Shown here one piece after another: positions 55,801 through 64,000 of a stretch of DNA of 64,000 nucleotides. This DNA comes from Chrysomallon squamiferum (Eukaryota; Animalia; Mollusca): assembly GCA_012295275.1 (NCBI GenBank), contig CM022671.1, positions 2,852,001 to 2,916,000 of the forward strand. Reading direction: 5' to 3'. How positions within the stretch are numbered: position 1 is the first letter of the stretch; each line of letters begins with the position of its first letter. Position numbers and translations under genes: made by a program. Under the pieces are notes generated by a model. It saw only the letters and a list, made by a program, of their open reading frames with translations. It was not told where the DNA came from and made no database searches.

Positions 55801-57186
55801 TTATCATTTTTTTAATTTTATTTCTTCAGAAAACTTTATTTCTGTTGTCTCTTTCACACTGTGTATAAGTTTATTTTGATAAGGTATTTTTTCTTATAGG
55901 CTGATACACAAACAGACTGGATCACCAGTTATAAAATACATCCAAAGAACAGTACACTCAGATATGTTTTAAATGTCATTGATACACCAGGCTTCGGGGA
56001 TACAAGAGGAATTGAAAGAGACCAAATTCTGGTAGAACAAATAAAACATTTTTTTACAACAAAAGGTGAGCAAGGTATAGAAACAGTAGATGCTATTGGT
56101 TTTGTTGCAAGAGCATCTCAACCACGATTGACCCAGACTCAGAAGTACATTTTTGATTCAATCTTATCAATATTTGGCAAAAATATGATAGACAATATTG
56201 TGCCTATGATTACATTTGCAGATGGCAAAAACCCACCAGTACTAAATGTATTGTCATTGGCAAATGTCCCATGCGAAAAACATTTTGTTTTCAACAATTC
56301 TTCACTTTTTGAGTCGAATACAGAACAAAACAGTTTATCAAAAGTGTTTTGGGAGATGGGATCCTCAAATTATGCTAATTTTTTCAAGCTTATATTGACT
56401 CTGAAAACACAAAGTTTGCAAGTGACAGTAGAAATACTGGAAAAGAGAAGTGAAATGAAAGAAATCATGCAAAATCTCATGCCACATGTAGACAGAGGTT
56501 TAGAAAACCTTGCTATTATGACAGAAGAAAGGAAATTTGTAGAACAATTTGAAAGGGAAATAAATGATAACAAAAATTTCGTATACACGGTCTCAGAAAC
56601 ACATTCCGAGAGGATTCCACTGAAGCCAGGAGAATATGTTACAAACTGCCTCCACTGTCACATGACATGCCATTATCCTTGTACTATTCCACTCTCTAAA
56701 GAAAAAGCTGACTGTGAAGCCATGAACCTTGATAGTACTTGTATTGAGTGTCCTGCACATTGTGAGTGGACCGTGCATGAAAGTAGTGATTATCGATTAG
56801 AGGATAAACAAGTTGTTGTGGAAAAAACATATGAAGATATGAAAAAGAAATATGAACTTGCACAAAAGGATAAAATATCAAAACAACTTGTTGTTGATTC
56901 AATTAAAAAAAATTTTACTGAGGAGAAGGATATAGTCTGTGAAATGTTAAAACGTTTGAGAGAATGTACAAATTTCTTACGAGAAAATGCTATGAAAGCA
57001 AATCCACTGACTGAAGTGGAATACATTGATCTGTTGATTGAAACTGAGAAACAAGAGAAGAAAAGTGGTTTTAATAAACGCATTGAAATGTTGAAAATGT
57101 TAAAAAAACAGGCTGAACTGGTTGAGAAATCAATAAAAACTGAGGACATGGATGAATTACTGAAATATCTGGGATTTACAGAATAA
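52277..57186 (+). CDS. Paralog C: 2xFN3 + septin/AIG1-like GTPase + coiled coil + Cys/His knob + coiled coil; exons 52277-52637, 54324-54746, 55284-55465, 55900-57186 (750 aa)
   Basis: Same intron positions and phases as A; G1 GETGSGKST, G3 DTPGFGDTRG, TFAD; knob NCLHCHMTCHYPC..C..CIEC...CEW..H; no disabling lesion seen. Confidence 0.88.
52820..52892. repeat. (AG)n microsatellite in the intron of C
   Basis: Pure AG run; the homologous sites in A, B and D have only a few AG units. Confidence 0.97.
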
Positions 57187-59350
57187 TTTTATAAAAACAT
57201 AATGTACGTGTTAAACATGATTTTAATAACAAATCTGTATGTGGTATCTTACAAACATCAAAATATTGAAGAATTGCCTATGCCCACCGAAAACACAACA
57301 TATTTTTGAATTGGCCACTGAAATTTAGATTTCTGAAAAACATAAGAAAATGTTACGTAGGTCATAGAAAAGTAGTGTTTTCCTTATTTACATTCAATGC
57401 TGTTCATTTACGTAAAATAACAGATTATAAAAATTGTAATATTGTTACCAGTTAAATACTAATAATTAGTTTCTCACATAACTAGCCCAATGTTTTAGAT
57501 GACTACTGCACCTTCAAGTCACTTTCTTTATATCGAAATACAGAAAGTGCTTTCATTCAATGGGTCAGGTCAGGCAACTGAAGCTGATTTAGATGTGAAA
57601 CAAAACATATCCATGATTATGAAAAATCAGTTGATGCAACAGGTTACAAATAATTATTACAAAGATGTTTTTATTAATTGTATATGTAGAAAGCATCTGA
57701 ACTTACATGTGTTAGCCAGTGTGTTTATTTTTCTTTTTTTCTTTGTGTCTTACTGCACTGGAAGGTAGAATGTTACAGAGATCCTTGGGGATTATTTGAT
57801 AACTAATAATGTTAGCTGTTATTTCGGTATTAATAAAAATACTACATATGTTAGGTAAAGCAACTACATGTAGGTAAATATATATATATGCACATATAGC
57901 AGTGTGATTTCTTGCTGCCATACACATTAAACATGTTTATTTTTGCTATAAAATGCTACTATGCCAATTATACCTATTACATGTTAAAGTAACAGTAGTT
58001 TTGTTTTGTAGTTTAAGTGATTATTGTCTTTGCAGTAAACAGCTTAACAGTAGAATCAGTCAACTAGAGTGGTCGTATTTCACTTTGTATCTCATGAAAT
58101 CGTCTGTATGTAACAACCACATCATAAAAAAACATTTAACAGATTTTCATTTTTTTATTTCACTGAAATTTTTATGCAGCATTTATTGAACAAGACAAAA
58201 GAAACAGCTGTGAATGTGAATTAGTGGGTAGGAAGTCAACATATTTACTTCAGTAATTATTTCCTTTTTACTTCTATCATTTATTATTTATTTATTTTTA
58301 TTATTACTACTACTACTGTTATTATTATTATTATTATTTATGTATGTTTCTGGTATTTTTTTAATTTTTTTTAATTCATGGATTACAACTAATATTTTAT
58401 ATTTACATTTAATATTTTCCAAATAGTATTGTTATTAGTCATTTATATATTTTTCACTTTCATTGCTGCTTGCTTGGCTTTATGTACTATTTTCATTTTT
58501 TTTTTTTTTTTTCATTTATTTGCTGTGGTGCCTTGATTACTATATCAAGCTTTGGTAACAAAGTTCAGTAAACAGATGGTATACTTAATGTTTTATTTGA
58601 AACTGGAATTCAACAATCAGTCACTTAAGGAGTGTCTTGCTTTATTATATATATTTATATCAACTGCAGAGTTAATTTCAGATATACACAACATATTTTT
58701 ACTTATAATTTTGTTAGTGTCAGGATGTCTTTAGAGCTGAGTATACACATTTTTTAACAGCAACTTAACAGACTAAAAAGTATAAACTAAAAGAAAAAAG
58801 TAAAGACAGCAATATTTGCTGTGAAAGAAAAAAAAAAGCTTGTTCTTGACTGTTTGGTCTATTAGAAAAGTTAGATATAATTAAACTGCAAAGAAGCAAA
58901 AACGTATTACAAAAACATGATGGTCACTTTCACTGAAACCCATTAGCCTTGATGTTGTTGTTGTTTTTAAACTGTGTTTAACATTTATAATTACTTTTAC
59001 AGGATAATAAATGTCACAAAAAGTATTAATTTGACATTAAGTTTTTGATAAAAATTATTTGTTTCCTTCAAATTTTGAAAAAGAGAAACTTGTAAAAATG
59101 ATCCTATGCATATTTGTTAAATATCTAATATCTAATATTCTAAAAATAAAACAATGATTTTTTAAAAACCATTTGTTACAAAATCTTTCACTATTGTGAC
59201 TATTTTTGTAACAGTTTAAAGTGTGCATAATTCTGATAATTGTCTTTAACTTGTACATGTAATCTCTAATGTCTGAAAAATAAAGATAGCTTTGAGCTAT
59301 ACATTAATATCTTATGTTTTGTTTAAATGGTTTTTGTTTGACACAAACAA
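57187..59350. repeat. 3' flank of C, a segmental duplicate of the 3' flank of A (about 11024-15020, with deletions)
   Basis: Shared blocks such as ggtcatagaaaagtagtgttttccttatttaca, gtaacaaagttcagtaaacagatggt and aaagacagcaatatttgctgtgaaag. Confidence 0.9.
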
Positions 59351-59359
59351 ACATATGAT

Positions 59360-59690
59360 CGATTCCTCTTTATGTGATAGTGGTCGTGAGTTCTGGTTTA
59401 TGCGACGTATGCATAACTTAAGCCTCTGTTGTGGAGCCTGTCACAGACCAGAGGCAGCAAACTTATGAAGTACTGTAGTCTGTTTCATATCACTGAAAAT
59501 CTCGCCGTGGATTTTCAATCTAATCCTGATCACTGTAGCTGCCGCAGTTCAGACAGAGTGAATTATATTTGGTAAGGAAGTCCGCATTCAGTAGTGCTTC
59601 TATCCTCTCACTTAATCAAGAACTAAATAAGAGCAACCAAAATTTCAAACACTTTTGTGGCATTTTGGATGGTATTGCTTTTTTTACAAA
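59360..59690 (+). mobile_element. Decayed MULE transposase fragment
   Basis: tttggtaaggaagtccgcattcagtagtgcttctat is shared with 3307-3342; reads FGKEVRIQ*CFY...FCGILDGIAF. Confidence 0.6.
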
Positions 59691-60957
59691 CTGAACAGAC
59701 TAAAATATGTTTCTGGAGAGTGCGACGTGATTACGTATGGTAATTTGAAACCTGGCGTATTAAGTGTTAGATCATGCGAGTTTTCATGACTAATGAAATA
59801 AATTAAAAAGGAATTATTTCATGTTTTACCAGTTCAAGATTATTAAACTGTTCTCTTAGTCGTGTTAAAACTGCCGTCTACAATTTGTTTGAGGAATTTT
59901 TATATATTTTTTTATTTTTTATTTTTTTATTAATTCGCTAATCGGTTTTGTTGTGTCAAACCGGGATTAGCAAAGATCAAGTAAGCAGTGAAACTTAAAG
60001 TGAGTAGATCTATGTGAGTTTGTTCGGTGTTTAATAAGTGAAAAATTTAGTCATCTAACGCCATCGTCTGTATTGGCTATTTTTAATTTTATGTGATATA
60101 TGGCTGTCTAATTTTTGGAACATATAAAAACAGTTAAGTAATGAAAATACTGTATTCACTTTTAAGATAGAACCTTAAGGAAAAAACGAAACTTAATATC
60201 AAAACCAGCTGTTTCAAAAATATGTGTTGAGGTTGCCTCTCATTGACTTTATTTATCACTTATTTGTTATTCACAAGAATAATGATTATCCTTGAAAGTT
60301 TTAAATAATCTGATAAATACACCAAGATAACAGTGTGTTTTAACACGCCCTCAATCACCCCGACTCCATAAAACAATACTTGAAAAAAGTCGATGAATCT
60401 TTTAGTTCTATTACAGTGAATATTTTACCTATTGTGGCCCTAATGACAACAAAAATGAAATAATAACTAAACAAAATAAAATAAAATAAAATAAAATATA
60501 AAATAAATAGATAGATAGATAACTAAATAAATAAACTGACTAAAGGAAGTAGTATCATGGATTAACAATTACAAGCTTTCTGACATTTTCTTTTTCTTTT
60601 TGTTCGTTCAACTGTAATGACTTAGGAGCAGCAATCCATTCCAACAAAACTGAAAATATTATTATAACCGACTTGTTATATAGTTTTTCTTCCCTACTTT
60701 ATAGATCTCACAGTTTATCGTTCATTTCTTTAGTTTTTCCATCCTTAAAAATCATGAGTACTATTCCAAAAATCGCATTATTTTTAACAGTAGTATTTTC
60801 TATTTGCTTAATGTGTACCCATTTGTTTGATTGTGCAACATCATTTCTGCTTAAGTTTGACCATTGTATAAACATATATTTTCTTTTCTTAAATACGCTT
60901 TTTTCTCTTTTCTTTCTTAAACGCACTTGAAATAATAATTTTTAAAATTATTTATAG

Positions 60958-62216
60958 ATTATTAATATTACTGAAGAAGAGATTAGTAATCGTAGATGTG
61001 AATGCTGTTTTCATATCTCTTGGATGCAAATTAGAACTGTTGAACGAGAAGAGTAGTCGTGTTGTAATAAAATCAATCCATATGACATCAACGGACATTC
61101 GACAACCAGGAAAACCAGTGGAGGCAGATATTGGCTGTGACTATATATCTATCAGCTGGGATAAACTACAAGATAATGAGGTCAGTTATTATGAAATCGA
61201 AATGAAGCTGGCCTTTGAGACAGCATGGTCAAAAAGTACACTCTTTACAGATGACAACTCTACTCGTAAGACAATAACTGCTCTTACACAGAACACTGCA
61301 TATGAGTTCAAAGTTCAAGCACATTTGAAGAAGAGGCAGGTTCTTTAAGTCAGAAGAGTGATCCTATTGTGACAAAATCAACTGACACGAGAAAACCAGG
61401 AAAACCACTGGATGCAGATATTGGCTGTGACTCTATATCTCTCAGCTGGGATAAACCACAATACGACGAAGTCAGTTATTATGAAATCGAAATGAAACTC
61501 GCTTCTGAGACAGCATGGTCAAAAAGTCCACTCTTTACAGATGACAACTCTACTTGTAAGACAATATCTGGTCTTACAAAGGACACTGCATATGAGTTCA
61601 AAGTTCGAGCACACTTTGAAGAAGAGGCAGGTCCCTTTAGTGAGAAGAGTGATCCTATTGTATGTAACTAAATCAGTAGCTATGATATCAACTAATCTGA
61701 GACAACCAGGAAAACCACTGGATGAAGATATTGTCTGCGATTATATATCTATCAGCTGGGATAAACCACAAGACGATGACGACATCAGTTATTATGAAAT
61801 CAAAATGAAGCTCGCTTCTGAAAGAGCATGGTCAAACATTCCACTCTTTACAGATGACAACTCTACTTGTAAGACAATAACTGGAAAACCAGTGGTTGGA
61901 GATACTGGATGTGACTATATATCTATCAGCTGGGATAAACCACAAAACGATGAGGTCAGTTATTATGAAATTAAAATGAAACTCGCCTCTGAGACAGCAT
62001 GGCCAAAAAGTCCACTCTTTACAGATGACAACTCTACTTGTAAGACAATATCTGGTCTTACAAAGGACACTGCATATGAGTTCAAAGTTCGAGCACACTT
62101 TGAAGAAGAGGCAGGTGTCTCCAGTGAGAAGAGTGAATGTATCATGACAAAATCGTCAGGAACCACAGAATCAGAAGATACATTTGGAAAGCCAATGGCA
62201 AAGGAAACTGGAGAAG
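60958..62216 (+). pseudogene. Paralog D: FN3-repeat exon (about 3.6 units) with frameshifts; downstream GTPase exons not present in the window
   Basis: Homologous acceptor (60957) and donor (after 62216); 1-nt deletion near 61323 leading to TAA at 61346-61348; 4-nt insertion near 61661; in-frame deletion fusing units 3 and 4 near 61884. Homology to the intron of A stops at about 63075, shortly before where the 423-bp exon should be. Confidence 0.8.
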
Positions 62217-63311
62217 GTAAGTAAATATAGTGTTCCCATCACATCTATAGATGATAGATATCAAAATGAAAACCATGAGTTTGACTACGTTAACAAAGCA
62301 TCTACAACACAGAGTGTGTCCATAAAGGAAGAACAAGGTAATTTAAGCCAGTTATTAAATAAATCTTTGAATGATAGCATGATATACTTGTAGAGAGAGA
62401 ATTGCTCTGAGGAATATTTGTAGTTCTCATAGTGGACCCATTAAGCTATTTACAAACAAAAACATTCTCTCGCAGTTTGTCAGATAAATGCCATCATATA
62501 CAAAGAATAGAAAACTGCCCTTTCAGATTTTGGTGATTTCATTTTTCTTCTTCTTCTCCATCTTTTTTTATTATATTATTATTATTTATTTTTTGTGTCG
62601 TTTTGTTTTGTTTTTTAAAATCTGTGCCAAATTTGTTATCAAAATCATGTTTGAAATCTAGAATGCTAAGTAATAATGCCTCCCTACGGATTAAGCTCTC
62701 TCAATTTTGATGATACAGCTTCATGTTATGCTGCATGTGACAAACATACAAATCTGCTGTAATTATTTTGTCATTAGTGTTTATAGTTGCTGAAAACCAT
62801 CCTCTTTATATACATACGTACAAACACACACACACACATGGACAAACATACATACATATAGACATAGAAATAAAAACTACCTTGTTCCTATTTGAAGAAT
62901 TATCTTTTATTAGTTGTATTGCTGTTAATTTAGTAATATGTTTTAAAATAAAACTTCCATTTATATTGTTAAAAAAAGACTTTAATTATTATTATTATTG
63001 TTATTTTTTTTTCTTACATATCTATTTTATATAATTGACAGTACAATGGATTTCCATATAACCACATAAATTTATTAGACACAGTAACACACGCAGTTTC
63101 CAGTTTTACAAGTGCCCTCTTTATATTCAGGATAAGATTTACAGTCTGTTATTGTACAAACATATAAATCATAATTTTATTTTATCTTATTTCATATATT
63201 TGTTAAATATATTATAGATGTTGATATCGGGATAACTTTCAGATTTTTCTACTGAAGAAGTAAAATAAAACTATTCGTCGTATTGAACAACTCGTCTCAG
63301 TAACGAACATT

Positions 63312-63575
63312 CCTGTGCACTGCAGTGGTCGTAATTCCCCGAGAATAAAGAAATGTATTTTTCTTTATATACTGAACAGAGGTAAAACGCACGTCTGTGC
63401 AGTGATCGTAATTCCCGAGAACAAAAAATTTCTAACATGAGAACTACACCTTTGTTTACATACTGAATAGAGGTAAAATACATTTCTGTGCAGTGGTCGT
63501 AATTCCCCAAGAATAAAGATTTGTAACTAAAGAAATATGGCTTTCTTTATATACTGAACAGATAAAATATGTTTC
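63312..63575. repeat. Imperfect tandem repeat, three units of 77-91 bp
   Basis: Anchor tgcagtg(g/a)tcgtaattccc(c)(g/a)agaa near 63325, 63402 and 63493, each followed by ta(t/c)atactgaa(c/t)aga. The adjacent 63552-63760 is a copy of 59690-59900. Confidence 0.85.
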
Positions 63576-63816
63576 TGGAGAATGCTAACGTGATCACGTA
63601 TCGTAATTTGAAACTTGACGTATTACGTGTTAGATCATGCGAGTTTTCATGACTAATGAAATAAATAAAAAACGAAATTATTTCATGTTTTATGAGCTCA
63701 AGATTATTAAACTGGTTCTCTTAGTCGTCTACAATTTGTTTGGGGGATTTTTTATATATATATATATATTTTTTTTTTAATAAATTCAATTGGACCATAA
63801 TCATTATTATTGAAAG

Positions 63817-63849
<33 letters not shown>

Positions 63850-64000
63850 TTTAATTTTTTATTTATTTATTTACTAGAGGTAATAGTTGTTGCTGTTGTT
63901 GGTGTTGGAATATTGAAATTAGTATTACATAAATGCAGTTTTTCCGTATCAGAAAAAAAGAAAAATATCTTAAATTGCCATCTCGAAAACATCGTTTGGT

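Noticed and set aside
63312-63575. Repeat-spacer-like pattern as a CRISPR array
   Set aside because: Eukaryotic context, only three degenerate units with homologous 'spacers', and no cas genes.

Overview
AT-rich, intron-containing animal genomic DNA (invertebrate; probably a lophotrochozoan or mollusc, inferred from composition and FANCD2 sequence style) with one 200-N gap. The window is dominated by a tandem, same-strand array of paralogous genes for a cytosolic protein with the architecture [n x fibronectin type III] - [septin/AIG1(GIMAP)-like TRAFAC P-loop GTPase] - [coiled coil] - [Cys/His-rich knob] - [coiled coil]. Three copies have reconstructable spliced ORFs: A (6599-11023, 848 aa), B (37857-43658, 1441 aa) and C (52277-57186, 750 aa). 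A fourth, D (from about 61 kb), is frameshifted and truncated. The FN3 number differs between copies through 306/309-bp intra-exon repeat gain and loss. The Cys/His knob is highly divergent between otherwise near-identical copies A and C, and copy A has lost the G3 glycine (DTPG to DTPS). The duplicated 5' region of B carries ISRE-like and GAS-like motifs. Together these look like a rapidly evolving innate-immune GTPase family, although that function is inference. Between A and B lies a multi-exon, minus-strand FANCD2 copy with a stop, a frameshift and missing exons (likely an unprocessed pseudogene), and its E2F/ETS promoter block is duplicated upstream of C. The rest is segmental and tandem duplications, decayed Tigger, MULE and hAT transposon fragments, a possible solo LTR and microsatellites.
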